64,000 bases of DNA from the NCBI GenBank assembly GCA_040386935.1, contig JAZKEQ010000030.1, forward strand, positions 600 through 64,599, read 5' to 3'. Source of the DNA: Bacteroidota bacterium (GTDB lineage: Bacteria; Bacteroidota; Bacteroidia; NS11-12g; UBA955). Shown here one piece after another: positions 9,760 through 19,964 of this stretch (its first letter is position 1; each line of letters opens with the position of its first letter). The translations under genes were made by a program, and so were the position numbers. The notes under the pieces were generated by a model that worked only from the letters and a program-made list of their open reading frames with translations, was not told the DNA's origin and did not search any database.

Positions 9760-10962
9760 TTATAGTTTTTCGTAAACAATCGCCAGTCCCTGACCAACAC
9801 CGATACACATTGTTGCCAATCCGTATTGTAGGTTGCTGCGTTTTTGCATTTCGTGAATCAATGTTGTACTGATACGCGCACCGCTACATCCCAATGGATG
9901 ACCAATGGCGATAGCACCACCATTCACATTCACGATATCGGGATTCAATCCCAACTCGCGCATAGAGGCGATACTCTGACTGGCAAATGCCTCATTCAAT
10001 TCTACCAAGCCTAATTGTTGTACTGTTAAGCCGGCTCTTTTCAAAGCCTTGCGCGATGCTTCAACCGGTCCTATACCCATTATTTGCGGATGTACGCCAC
10101 TGGCTGCACTCGATACCACACGGGCCAAAGGTTGAATGTTATGGGCCTTCACAAAACTTTCTGAAGCCAATGCCAATGCACTTGCACCATCATTCACACC
10201 ACTTGAGTTACCGGCTGTTACGCTGCCATCTTTTTTAAAGGCAGGTTTTAATCCGCCCAATATTTCCATACTGCTCATACGGGGTTGTTCATCTCTGTTA
10301 AACAGCAATGCTTCCCCTTTTTTCTGAGGTATTTGAACGCCTACTATTTCGTTGGCGAATTTATTTTGTTTGTCGGCCTCCTGCCATTTCAATTGCGAGT
10401 TGTAAGCAAATGTATCTTGCTCATCTCTGCTTATTTTCCATTGGTCGGCTACGTTTTCTGCCGTTTCGCCCATGGTATAAGGGTGATATAGTTTTGATAA
10501 AGCAAGGTTGGTAAAACGCCAGCCTATGGTCGTATCGTGAATTTCAGGTGCACGGCCGAAAGCTGTATCAGATTTTGCCATTACAAATGGTGCACGGCTC
10601 ATGCTTTCAACGCCACCTGCTATATATAAGTCGCCATTGCCTTGTGCTATTTCCATGGCTGCATTGGCTACAGCCTGCAGTCCACTGGCGCAAAGGCGAT
10701 TCACTGTATAGCCTGCCACGGTAACCGGCAAGCCTGCTAATAGCAAAGCCATACGCGCTACGTTTCTATTGTCTTCACCGGCCTGATTGGCAGCGCCTAA
10801 TACCACTTCCTCTGTTTGATCAAAGGGCAGGTTGGGGTGGCGGTCCAGTAATCCTTTGATGGCAATAGCAGCCAGATCATCAGGACGAACAGAAGATAGC
10901 GTGCCGGCATATTTGCCTATGGCTGTTCTAACAGCATCGATAACATAAACGGTTTCTTTCAT
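9760..10962 (-). CDS. acetyl-CoA C-acyltransferase (thiolase)
   Basis: It has the active-site context NRLCASGLQAV and the C-terminal motif NGGAIAIGHPLGCSGAR. Confidence 0.9.
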   Translation of the reverse strand: MKETVYVIDAVRTAIGKYAGTLSSVRPDDLAAIAIKGLLDRHPNLPFDQTEEVVLGAANQAGEDNRNVARMALLLAGLPVTVAGYTVNRLCASGLQAVANAAMEIAQGNGDLYIAGGVESMSRAPFVMAKSDTAFGRAPEIHDTTIGWRFTNLALSKLYHPYTMGETAENVADQWKISRDEQDTFAYNSQLKWQEADKQNKFANEIVGVQIPQKKGEALLFNRDEQPRMSSMEILGGLKPAFKKDGSVTAGNSSGVNDGASALALASESFVKAHNIQPLARVVSSAASGVHPQIMGIGPVEASRKALKRAGLTVQQLGLVELNEAFASQSIASMRELGLNPDIVNVNGGAIAIGHPLGCSGARISTTLIHEMQKRSNLQYGLATMCIGVGQGLAIVYEKL

Positions 10963-11112
10963 GGAGCCGCAAAATTACTAAATTGTAAGGTGATACCGCA
11001 TAGGGTTTCTTGATTTGTTTATTGACATTGTCCTTTTAGTTTAAAAAAGTCGGGAAATAAAAAAAGAGCTACCGCAGTAGCCCTTTTTATTGAAAACATG
11101 AATCAACTATTC

Positions 11113-11526
11113 CTATCGGGCGTAATTGTAATTATTTTTTGTAGTACCTGACATGAATTCTGTTTGAAGATTCTTGTCATCGAGTTTCAGAATTTTCCAA
11201 GTGTAAGGAGTCATGACACCTGTTAATGTCACTTTTAATTCATTAGAATCTGTCGTAGTAAATTTATAGGTGCCGATGTCTTTAAATGTGCCACTGATTT
11301 CAGCTCTGAAATTGCCATAGCGATTGAATTCATAACGGCCTGTACCATTGGTGGTTTTTTGCATGCCGTTTTCGAAGGTTTCTTTTAATACCCACACCTG
11401 ATTCAGTAGTTCTTTTTTAGATGGTGGTCTTGTAGATTGAGGAGGGTTTTCTGTTTCTGTTTTTTTACAAGCAGTAAAGGCTGCAAGGGCAGCGACTAAA
11501 ATAAATAGTTTGATGTTGTTTTTCAT
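11113..11526 (-). CDS. small lipoprotein, function unknown
   Basis: It has a signal peptide with a lipobox (LAAFTAC). I recognise no other motif. Confidence 0.5.
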   Translation of the reverse strand: MKNNIKLFILVAALAAFTACKKTETENPPQSTRPPSKKELLNQVWVLKETFENGMQKTTNGTGRYEFNRYGNFRAEISGTFKDIGTYKFTTTDSNELKVTLTGVMTPYTWKILKLDDKNLQTEFMSGTTKNNYNYAR

Positions 11527-11674
11527 TTGAATGATGAGATTTAATGTCTCTATTAAACGATTAATTGATAGCTGAGGTTGCTTGCTAATACGGCGTTATG
11601 AGCCTATTGTTGACCAATGGTAGACAGGTGTTGACGAACGACAGAAAACATAGGATGAATGTAAAGTGTTAAAT

Positions 11675-12379
11675 TTACGAGCGGTTAAATAACAGCGAGT
11701 GAATGTTCGATTTGTAAATACGGCCAACGGGTACTTCACCCATTCCTGAAAGTTTGATTTGATTAGCGGATACAGAGTCTATGAAATCGGTATTCACGAT
11801 ATAGGATTTGTGTACCATGATAAAGCGTTGGGAATCGAGTTGGCGGTAAAAGTTTTTGAGTGTTGAATGCACAGTATGCGAACGACCGTTTTGCAAATGC
11901 ACTTTTACATAATTCTGCATACCTGAAATATAGACCAACTCCGACAGATTGATTTTTTGAAGACGTCCATTAATTTTTATGAGGAAAAAATCTTTTTTAC
12001 CTGAGGCTGCATTGGTCATTATATTGAATTGCTTCAGGGCTTTTTCAGCGCTGTTTTCAAATTGGCTGAGTTGAATAGGTTTCATAAGCGTGTCAAGGGG
12101 TTTAAGTGTATTGTTTGATTTGGATGTCGAAGTTTGTAATAGGACAATAGCAGGTGGGCGACCGGCAGCGTTACGGATAACAGCTAAAGCGGAGAGGCCG
12201 GGAAATTCATCGCTTACAAACAGCACATCAATGCTATTGGTACTCATCAATTCAAGGGCAATTTCAGGGTTGGGCGCATAACCTGAAAAGTAAAGGTAAC
12301 CTACAATTGCAATGAATTCACGAATCTTCTCACCCACCACAGGGTCGTTGTCTGCTACAGCACATTTAATAATTGGCAT
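11675..12379 (-). CDS. LytTR-family response regulator
   Basis: It has a receiver domain (DVLFVSDEFPG, LMKPI) and a C-terminal LytTR domain (ISGMQNYVKVHL...HKSYIVN). I start it at the ATG at 12379. The track start at 12454 adds 25 atypical residues. Confidence 0.8.
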   Translation of the reverse strand: MPIIKCAVADNDPVVGEKIREFIAIVGYLYFSGYAPNPEIALELMSTNSIDVLFVSDEFPGLSALAVIRNAAGRPPAIVLLQTSTSKSNNTLKPLDTLMKPIQLSQFENSAEKALKQFNIMTNAASGKKDFFLIKINGRLQKINLSELVYISGMQNYVKVHLQNGRSHTVHSTLKNFYRQLDSQRFIMVHKSYIVNTDFIDSVSANQIKLSGMGEVPVGRIYKSNIHSLLFNRS

Positions 12380-12652
12380 AAAATAGTATAAGTGTAAAAT
12401 GCACTTCGATTCGAGGCAAAAAAATTTCCGCTCCGGCATTTGGCCGACAGTCATATCTCAATACAAACTGATTGTAGTAGGGTGTTTAAACCTGAACTAG
12501 TGTTAAACGGTAGTTTTTCTTATCAAATGGAAGTTATTTGTCTATTGACAACACGAGTTTTAAAAATGTTGCCTGACAATTAAAGGTTTTTGATGAACGA
12601 CAGGGAAAAGGGGGGAGGGAGAGAGTATTTGTGGTGAGTGGAAATTCACCTA

Positions 12653-12961
12653 TTAAATTTTTATTGATAATTCTAAATGGCCACCAAATCCAAGCTCAAC
12701 AATTTTTTGAAGTGTCGAAATTCGTACTTCTTTAATGTCGTTTTCTATTTTTGAAATATATGACTTTGTTGTACCAACTTTTTCAGCAAGCTGTTCTTGT
12801 GTCATACCCAATTCAATACGGGTATTGTGAATTAAAGCTCCCATTTTGAAATTATCATAACCGGCTTCAAGTTCATCGCGTTTTTTTGAACCACGTTTAC
12901 CATAATTTTTTTCTTTGAAATCTTCAAGAGAGGTTAGATTCTTATTTTTTAATTCGCTCAT
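12653..12961 (-). CDS. XRE-family HTH antitoxin (HigA-like)
   Basis: 102 aa with the HTH segment MTQEQLAEKVGTTKSYISKIEN. It lies 26 nt downstream of the toxin-like gene. Confidence 0.8.
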   Translation of the reverse strand: MSELKNKNLTSLEDFKEKNYGKRGSKKRDELEAGYDNFKMGALIHNTRIELGMTQEQLAEKVGTTKSYISKIENDIKEVRISTLQKIVELGFGGHLELSIKI

Positions 12962-12987
12962 GATTTTTATATTGGTGGTGCTTATTG

Positions 12988-13335
12988 TTATTTTTGAAGT
13001 TCGTATTCTGCCTTTATTCTCAAGGCTAATTCAATTTCTTTTTTAGGGGTCTTTTGTGTTTTCTTTTGAAATCCATTTGCGACTATTATTAATTGTCCAT
13101 GATCAAAAAAGCAGAAAATTCTAAAGATATCACTGCCAATTTGAACCCTTATTTCATAAAGTCCATCAGTGCTTTCAATGTGTTTAAGGTACGTTTCAGG
13201 AACTCTTTGTAAGTCTTCAACCAAGTTTAAAGTCCATATAATTTTTGCTTTAACCTTTTTTGATTGCTTGTCAAAGAAGACTTGAAAATAGTTTTTGAAA
13301 AAAGTAACACTTCTAAACTTCTTGTTTTCAGCCAT
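12988..13335 (-). CDS. type II toxin, Gp49/HigB (RelE/ParE superfamily)-like
   Basis: 115 aa. The pattern LKHIESTDGLYEIRVQIGSDIFRIFCFFDHGQLIIVANGFQKKTQKTPKKEIE is typical of phage-derived Gp49-like killer proteins. The toxin-first gene order also fits. Confidence 0.75.
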   Translation of the reverse strand: MAENKKFRSVTFFKNYFQVFFDKQSKKVKAKIIWTLNLVEDLQRVPETYLKHIESTDGLYEIRVQIGSDIFRIFCFFDHGQLIIVANGFQKKTQKTPKKEIELALRIKAEYELQK

Positions 13336-13370
13336 CTAAATTACAATTATGCAAAGATAAGAAAGTTTCA

Positions 13371-13466
13371 CTAAAGTGCAACTATGAAATTTATTTTTTC
13401 TTCAATGTTTTGCAAATCGGCCAGCTGCTCCCGAATGCGGTTTGCTAAATTATCGTTGTATGCCAT
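13371..13466 (-). pseudogene. truncated TfoX N-terminal-domain-like remnant (31 codons)
   Basis: My translation gives MAYNDNLANRIREQLADLQNIEEKINFIVAL-stop. The first ~23 residues resemble the start of ~110-aa TfoX/Sxy N-domain proteins, and then the frame ends. This rests on my recollection of the family consensus only. Confidence 0.4.
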
Positions 13467-13547
13467 ACAAGTATTTTTAGCGAAGATAAAAACTTGCAGG
13501 TATATAACAAGCAAGTTTCGTGTATTCAGGAGCGTTATCCAACTGTT

Positions 13548-15182
13548 CTACTGATTCAATAATTTAAGTTCTTCTTTGAGTTCTGCCAGGGTCAGTGATC
13601 TAAACTCAACCGGTAGTGTTTTATTTGAGATTGATGTTGACTGAATGTATACAAAAGGCTTACCTTCTTCATATTTAATGGCCACCACCCATGCAGTATC
13701 TCCCCTGGGAACATTTTTGAATACATATTGATTGCCTTCGCGACTTGCAGGTAATATAATGCGCCTGTTTTTGAACACCAGTTTGCAATCTGTGTTGGAT
13801 TCTGCTTTCAAATCAACTTTCAAAGTAGTCAGTTGGTCGTTCATGAATTTTTGAAATACATCAATATTAGCCCAACCCATATTGGTAATATTAAATACAT
13901 AATATCTGTAATCATCATACGACAGTGATTTGTTTAAATACGCTAACTCTACTTTTTGAGTGTTGATTTTTTTTATAGTATCCTGAAGTTCAGCATAGGT
14001 TTTTACATTGTATCGGTCGAGCAGTGGCTTGTTCACCGCATCTATTAAAGCTGTCAAGTTATTCACCCCATAGTCTTTATATAATTTGTCGAGCGCACTA
14101 CATTTATTTCTCATTTCTCTGCTTAATTGACCATTGCTTTGACTGCGACTTCTGAATAATAAGTCATTGATAAAATACCTGATTTCGCAAAAGAATAGTG
14201 GGCATTGACTACCGCCTCCACCACAAAGAAATGATGCACAAATATTTAATTCCTGGAGTGAGAAATTGGCCAATACTGAGTTGTTGTTCACTGTCCAATT
14301 CAAAATATTGTCGTGGCCGGTGCGCTTACCTTGAAAAATTTGCTCATTCCTTTTAACCAGGTTAGTGGGTATCATGGCAATGATGTTTTTTTTATTGTTT
14401 ATTGAATTAATGGATTTGCCGCTTAATTCATTTGCTTCTGTGTATATCATGCCACGGGTTTCAATGATTTTATTGTCAGATGTTGTCGATAAATTGTCCA
14501 ATAGCATATCAGATTTTAAAAATGCTTCCTTTACTGAAAAGCGAATTGTAGATGAAGATGTCCTAAATGAATTGGCTTTTACGTAAACAATTGTACCGCC
14601 TTCACAACGCAATGCCGTATCTCTTTTAGTGTTGATTTTGAATACCTGAGCTCTGCACGACAGTTGGTTATATAGTTCATCAATAGAGGGCAATTCCTTT
14701 GCAATTGGTTTTGCAATAGTAGAGTTGCGAGTAAAAGCAATGGCAATGTCTACCCTTCGGTTTTTTTGTTTGCCTGCATCGGTGGTATTGTCTGCTATGG
14801 GTTTGTCTTCACCAAATGCATTGGTCGTAAATACTTTCGCATTAATGCCTTGGGCTATCAAGTATTGTTGAGCGGCCAGCACCCGTTGTTCCGATAATTG
14901 TTTGTTATAACTGCTGTCGCCAATATTATCGGTATTGCCTTTTATGAAAATTTTATAGGTCGCATAGCTTTTTAAACTGTCGCACTGTTGGTTGAGGGTC
15001 GCTTTGCTATCAGCGGTAAGGTCGAATTTTGCCGACTCGAAATAGATACTTTGTTTAAGCGTATTTTTTTGTCCATAACCTGTTGTATTTAGCAGTAGGA
15101 ACAATGAAAGGAGTAGTGTAAGCCTGTAATAGCAATTGGTACTTTTGCAGTTACAGATTGGGATATTGTAAATCATATCCAT
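13548..15182 (-). CDS. OmpA-domain protein with a large uncharacterised C-terminal region
   Basis: An OmpA-like peptidoglycan-binding module lies near the N-terminus (FESAKFDL...GNTDNIGDSSYNKQLSEQRV...NRRVDIAI). Confidence 0.75.
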   Translation of the reverse strand: MDMIYNIPICNCKSTNCYYRLTLLLSLFLLLNTTGYGQKNTLKQSIYFESAKFDLTADSKATLNQQCDSLKSYATYKIFIKGNTDNIGDSSYNKQLSEQRVLAAQQYLIAQGINAKVFTTNAFGEDKPIADNTTDAGKQKNRRVDIAIAFTRNSTIAKPIAKELPSIDELYNQLSCRAQVFKINTKRDTALRCEGGTIVYVKANSFRTSSSTIRFSVKEAFLKSDMLLDNLSTTSDNKIIETRGMIYTEANELSGKSINSINNKKNIIAMIPTNLVKRNEQIFQGKRTGHDNILNWTVNNNSVLANFSLQELNICASFLCGGGGSQCPLFFCEIRYFINDLLFRSRSQSNGQLSREMRNKCSALDKLYKDYGVNNLTALIDAVNKPLLDRYNVKTYAELQDTIKKINTQKVELAYLNKSLSYDDYRYYVFNITNMGWANIDVFQKFMNDQLTTLKVDLKAESNTDCKLVFKNRRIILPASREGNQYVFKNVPRGDTAWVVAIKYEEGKPFVYIQSTSISNKTLPVEFRSLTLAELKEELKLLNQ

Positions 15183-15232
15183 TGATAACCAAAAAGTAAA
15201 AAGGTAAACCGAATTAAAAGTAAAAAGTAGTT

Positions 15233-15733
15233 TTACTGCCCTGCAACTTGCTTGCTCTTGAATTTGGCAATTCCTTTGCTAACCACTGTTGTCAATACAT
15301 ACAGCCAAACGGTAAAAAAAACAGAGCCAAATATGAGTTGCCATAAAACATCTCTACGCATGGAGTAATTTCTGAATTCTGAAATCTTTTGATAGTCTTT
15401 GGGATTGTTGCTTTCGTAAATAACTGAATCTATTGGCAAATACATATTGATTTCTTCAAGAACATCAGTGTCATAGGCCCAGGTGTTTTTGGTAAAGTCG
15501 AAGATGGTATCACCTTTGGTAGTAACGAAATATATTTTAGCCACCTTGGTGTATTTAAACTTTTGGGCAAATGTCGTTTCATGCTTTCTCAAACCTTTTA
15601 CAAACAATACCTGTGTAATGCCGTTTGTTTGAAAGTTGTTATGCGTTGTATACTGACTGATAAAAATACCAGTATTAATGATGAAAGCAATGCTGATGCA
15701 GTATAAAAGTCTTCGTTTGTTAATGGGTTTCAT
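15233..15733 (-). CDS. membrane protein (TM, soluble domain, TM layout)
   Basis: I start it at MKPINKRRLLY (ATG at 15733), which gives a 4-nt overlap with the upstream gene. It has hydrophobic segments at both ends. Confidence 0.5.
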   Translation of the reverse strand: MKPINKRRLLYCISIAFIINTGIFISQYTTHNNFQTNGITQVLFVKGLRKHETTFAQKFKYTKVAKIYFVTTKGDTIFDFTKNTWAYDTDVLEEINMYLPIDSVIYESNNPKDYQKISEFRNYSMRRDVLWQLIFGSVFFTVWLYVLTTVVSKGIAKFKSKQVAGQ

Positions 15734-16188
15734 GTTTGTTGATTGTCCCTTTCTATATAGTTGTTGTACATTATGTAGCAACCTAGTGAACAAATGCTTA
15801 ACAGAATGAGTAAAGTTAATGTTATTGATAATACGAATCCGTTTTCATGATCATGATTGCCAATATTGGCGAATAGCCTTACAAGGACAAGCAAACTAGA
15901 AAAAAATAAAATGAACCCATACATATAAGATAAGAATCTTAAAACAATATTTAGCAACCTTATGAATAGCTGTTTTTGAGTTTTGAGTAATTCATAGGTA
16001 ATAGCCATTAAGCCTAATACAATAACTGCAATAAGAAAAGGGATAAACAATGTTTCTTCGTGGTCTTCAACTAAATCCGGGTCGGGCCATACAAGTGTAC
16101 CTTTTATTTTATACTCTTGATAAAGTGGATTTATTGAAAATACTACGATAATGACATTTAATATTATTAGAATGATTCTTTTTTTCAT
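15730..16188 (-). CDS. polytopic membrane protein, function unknown
   Basis: 152 aa with about 4 hydrophobic helices. Confidence 0.5.
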   Translation of the reverse strand: MKKRIILIILNVIIVVFSINPLYQEYKIKGTLVWPDPDLVEDHEETLFIPFLIAVIVLGLMAITYELLKTQKQLFIRLLNIVLRFLSYMYGFILFFSSLLVLVRLFANIGNHDHENGFVLSITLTLLILLSICSLGCYIMYNNYIERDNQQT

Positions 16189-16268
16189 TGATTCTATTAT
16201 AATTAGTCTAAACGCTGTAGGAATGAAAAAATTATATCGATTGCTGAATGTTGTTTGAGCTCTAACAT

Positions 16269-16991
16269 TTAATTCAGCTTCATTCGTTCAGCCCAATTTA
16301 ATGCCGGGGGCAATTCAATATTAGAAAATTCAATGTGTATGACCCTGCGTTTTTTGTTGTTGGTAGTTCTGCTTGAACTGTGCAGCAATAGGGGTTTCAT
16401 AATCATTGCACCGCCCTTTTCTACCTTACAGATGGCTTCTGTTGCTTGGGTATGGTCTATCGTCTCTGGTCTGTAAATGTTCTTTAAATGCGAACCGGGA
16501 ATTACTTTTAATGCACCATTGTTTTCATCCGTATCATCCAAATGAATGCGTATGGTGTAAATGTTTTTGAGAATGTCTAATGGCGGTTGTACGGCAAACT
16601 GGTTTTGTTTAACGGTCCATGGACCAAAGCCCTCAAGCGCTAGTTTTTTATCAACTGATATGGTGAGGTCCTGATGATAGGCAACATACCAATTGGATGT
16701 TTCAGGTTTATCGAAATAAATGCTTTTTACTACAAAAAAATCATGCCCCATTATTTCACTGATTACCGCCTTTAATTTCTGATTCATTAGCAATTCGAAA
16801 ACACCCGGCACTTCTTTTAAAAACTGCCTGATGGCAAATAAATCGCTTGATTTTCTGAAAGTATCTTTTGTAGTATCGGCTTGTTGAATGAGGTCTAAAA
16901 TTTGCTCAACTTCAGCAGACGAATAAATAGCAGGGATGGTGGTAAAACCTTGAGAGGAGAGGGATTGACTGTGTTGGGAGTAACTGGTCAT
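16269..16991 (-). CDS. phytanoyl-CoA dioxygenase (PhyH) family protein
   Basis: The context WYVAYHQDL...ALKVIPGSH...HSSS is typical of PhyH-type 2OG oxygenases. I chose the ATG at 16991 over the TTG at 17036. Confidence 0.8.
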   Translation of the reverse strand: MTSYSQHSQSLSSQGFTTIPAIYSSAEVEQILDLIQQADTTKDTFRKSSDLFAIRQFLKEVPGVFELLMNQKLKAVISEIMGHDFFVVKSIYFDKPETSNWYVAYHQDLTISVDKKLALEGFGPWTVKQNQFAVQPPLDILKNIYTIRIHLDDTDENNGALKVIPGSHLKNIYRPETIDHTQATEAICKVEKGGAMIMKPLLLHSSSRTTNNKKRRVIHIEFSNIELPPALNWAERMKLN

Positions 16992-17081
16992 TTGATTAAA
17001 GTAGTGTGCAATGATACTAAAATGAGTTGATTTCAAAACTTAGCATGTCTGTTTGATGAAAAAAGTGATAATCATTATCTT

Positions 17082-18011
17082 TTATTTTGTCCACTTTTGA
17101 TTTTCTCTTAATTCAAATAGTAATTGATACACTCTATCAAGGCCGAATGTTCCTATTAAGCCATAGTCATAAATTTTTTTTACTTTGCCATTGTCATAAG
17201 TAATTTCTAAAATTGAAGCTTGGTCATCTGTCCAGTTAACAGCGTATTTGTCTTTCAGCGTTTCAAAGTTAATATAGTTGAGCAAATCAATTATTTCGTT
17301 GAATTTATCGTCACTTACTTTTGTAATTAAATTTCCGGTCACTTCATTGTTGTCTATGTTGTTATACCTTTTAGCTTCCCATGTTGCACTTTTGTCAGAA
17401 TTGATTGTCAATTTAAAAATTGGGCATGATCCATAACACCCTGTAGTTAAATATTGAATTTTTTCAATTTTGTGGTTAGCCGGGTTTAGATTTTCTTCAA
17501 TGAAGTCTCCAAATTGATAGGTTAAAGTAATTTGTTTGAGATATGAAGGCTCAAACCACTTATCAGGATCTTCTTTACTTTCAAAATAATATTTTATTTT
17601 ATCATTGGAAACTACAGGCAAGGTACAGTATTGAAAAACATATCTTGTAATTCGTTTGATTTGATATCCATTCCCTTTATCCAGAATACAAATTATGGGA
17701 TAGTTATAACTACTAGGACTGGTGACTAAAATATCTGTCAGACCATTTTTGTCAAAATCTGCTTTTGCCCAAGGCTTAACTTTTAAACTATCGCTTAAAT
17801 GTTGCCAATATTTATTGCGGTATTTAAGAGTGTCATTTACATGAATTTCGTAACAGTTGTTTTCAATTCTTGAGATTAAGTCATTAATTTGTTTTTCGGT
17901 TTTAATATTGTCTATATAATTACGCTTGCGCGAAACTTTATTTGCTGTTTTTTCCTTACAAGAAAGAAAGAGTGTCAATATAATAACTATTTTTAGATGA
18001 GTTTTAAGCAT
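17082..18011 (-). CDS. lipoprotein, function unknown
   Basis: It has a signal peptide with the lipobox LFLSC and an FG-GAP-like segment ADFDKNGLTDILV. The gene is AT-rich. Confidence 0.5.
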   Translation of the reverse strand: MLKTHLKIVIILTLFLSCKEKTANKVSRKRNYIDNIKTEKQINDLISRIENNCYEIHVNDTLKYRNKYWQHLSDSLKVKPWAKADFDKNGLTDILVTSPSSYNYPIICILDKGNGYQIKRITRYVFQYCTLPVVSNDKIKYYFESKEDPDKWFEPSYLKQITLTYQFGDFIEENLNPANHKIEKIQYLTTGCYGSCPIFKLTINSDKSATWEAKRYNNIDNNEVTGNLITKVSDDKFNEIIDLLNYINFETLKDKYAVNWTDDQASILEITYDNGKVKKIYDYGLIGTFGLDRVYQLLFELRENQKWTK

Positions 18012-18066
18012 GATGTTTTGTGTGGTTTGTTAAAATGGGGCTTTATACACTCCTCCAATGTATGAG

Positions 18067-18429
18067 TCATTTTTTTTCTTCAGTTAGCCCAAAATACCTG
18101 CCCTTAATTTGATCACCTTCAATTGACAATAAGCAAGGGTATTTCATTACACCGGCTTTTCTTACAGTTTTTTCAAGTAGTTTGAAATTGATGGCAGTTA
18201 TATCTCTTGAAGCAATATTGATAATTTCAATCGGGTCATACTTTGCTTTATCAATAGTAGCGGTCAACTCTTTGGTTGATTGGGCATCATTGCAAACAAG
18301 GATATGGTTCAATTGTCTTGATTTGAAATAATTCTTAACGGTCTTCACTTGATAGTAATTCTTGCCCTGAGCAACTGCCAGCAACACGAAAAATGCCACG
18401 ATGAAATATAAAGCCAAGCCCATGTACAA
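18067..18429 (-). CDS. hypothetical membrane-anchored protein
   Basis: 120 aa with one N-terminal hydrophobic helix. I recognise no motif. Confidence 0.4.
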   Translation of the reverse strand: MYMGLALYFIVAFFVLLAVAQGKNYYQVKTVKNYFKSRQLNHILVCNDAQSTKELTATIDKAKYDPIEIINIASRDITAINFKLLEKTVRKAGVMKYPCLLSIEGDQIKGRYFGLTEEKK

Positions 18430-18523
18430 TAATAATTAAAATAGTTTAAATGTTAGGTGTACCTGTTAAAAGGCCGCAAATGGTTTTGTAGTGAACATAA
18501 AAAAATAAACGGAGAGAACCTTT

Positions 18524-19420
18524 TTACTGCTTTGCTGCAACTGCCTGATCAAGAAAATTCTCAATCAACTCAATCATAAAATCGCTGTTTTTATACCCCG
18601 GTTTTAGTGTAGTAATTTCACCAATGTAAGCGCCATGACCACCGGGCAAAATGATCAGTTGACTGTTAGCTACCAGTCGCGACATGGCAACAATGTGTTC
18701 CGATGTGGCCACATCCTCATTGCCATTAATGAATAACACAGGTGATTGAATCGCTTTTATTTGTTCATCCGGAAAGTCTTTGAAATGATTCATTCTGTCT
18801 GCACATTTCTGAAACATGTTCATCAGTTTGGCACTGTCGGGATTTACTGCCTTAAATGCGTCTTTGTATGGCTGGGGCATTTGATCGAAAGTGCCGTTTT
18901 TCATGAACTCCCAAAACTGTGGGAAGGTGCCATCTCTTTTCAGTAACACTGATGCAGCTATTATTTTATTGCAAACTTCAGGATGTCTGATGGCCATTTG
19001 CAGCGCAGTATTGCCACCATTACTGAATCCCAATATATCTGCCTTAGCAATACTTAAATTTTTGAGTAAAGCCACCACATCATCGGCATCCTTTTCAAAT
19101 GAAATAGCTGTATTCCTGTCACCCGTACGACCGTGAGCCTGCAACTCCACACATATCAATTGCCTGTGTTGGGCCAGTGTTGGTATTACCCTGCCAAAGC
19201 TTGTTTGTATAGTAGAGCCACCACCGTGTATCAAAACAAGGGGCTTGCCCTGTCCATATATTTCGTAATACATGCTGATGCCATTCACATCTGAATAGCC
19301 TTTAGTAGGAATTAGGGTGTCTTTTGCTGTTGGGTTCATTGTAGTTTCGGTTTGAGGTGCGTTGTTGCAGGAAGAGAGTATTAGGAATGCTAATGCGATG
19401 GTAAGGAAAAGGTGATTCAT
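18524..19420 (-). CDS. alpha/beta hydrolase lipoprotein
   Basis: It has the lipobox LILSSC, the oxyanion motif HGGG, the nucleophile elbow GFSNGG and a late GGHG. Confidence 0.85.
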   Translation of the reverse strand: MNHLFLTIALAFLILSSCNNAPQTETTMNPTAKDTLIPTKGYSDVNGISMYYEIYGQGKPLVLIHGGGSTIQTSFGRVIPTLAQHRQLICVELQAHGRTGDRNTAISFEKDADDVVALLKNLSIAKADILGFSNGGNTALQMAIRHPEVCNKIIAASVLLKRDGTFPQFWEFMKNGTFDQMPQPYKDAFKAVNPDSAKLMNMFQKCADRMNHFKDFPDEQIKAIQSPVLFINGNEDVATSEHIVAMSRLVANSQLIILPGGHGAYIGEITTLKPGYKNSDFMIELIENFLDQAVAAKQ

Positions 19421-19429
19421 TGTGATAGA

Positions 19430-19876
19430 TTATTTTTTAGTTTTTGCTAGCCAATCTTCATTTATAGAAATAAAATGGTCTAATGTGTCACAGCATTCTG
19501 TATACTGGCAAGTGTCTGACCATTTCAAAGATTTTTCTAAATCTGTTGTACTATCGCGATTCAATCCGGTCAAGTCGCGATAATCAAATTTGACAATATT
19601 TCTTAGTTGGTCAATTTCTACTTTAAGGGTCTTTGAGTAATTTACTTTATTGTCAATCGGTAGTGAAATCAACAAGCTGAATAATGACGTTCCCGGAAAG
19701 TAATAATTATTATAACCTTTTTCAATGATATACTTAACCAAAATACTAATTGGGCGAAGGCTGTTGCACTCTGATATCAGTTGGTCGTAAAATGAAAGGG
19801 TTTCAGCCCACTTTTCTTTTAAGTTAGTTGCTGTAGCCTCTGTGCCTTGGGTTATATCTTTGGAGTTAAGGGTCAT
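19430..19876 (-). CDS. hypothetical cytoplasmic protein
   Basis: 148 aa with no signal peptide. It lies 9 nt from the upstream gene. Confidence 0.45.
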   Translation of the reverse strand: MTLNSKDITQGTEATATNLKEKWAETLSFYDQLISECNSLRPISILVKYIIEKGYNNYYFPGTSLFSLLISLPIDNKVNYSKTLKVEIDQLRNIVKFDYRDLTGLNRDSTTDLEKSLKWSDTCQYTECCDTLDHFISINEDWLAKTKK

Positions 19877-19964
19877 AGGTTATAGACTATAGAAGAGTAA
19901 ATCAAAATTAGGTTTTCTAAGTGAGGTATCATAAATGGAGTTTAATTGAATTACTAATCCAGTA

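Noticed and set aside
11631-12603. A 14-mer TTGAYGAACGACAG occurs on both sides of the LytTR regulator gene (11631-11644 and 12590-12603), which could be target-site duplications or binding sites.
   Set aside because: The match is 13 of 14 positions. By my rough estimate, hundreds of such one-mismatch 14-mer pairs are expected by chance in a 64-kb window, so this alone is not evidence.
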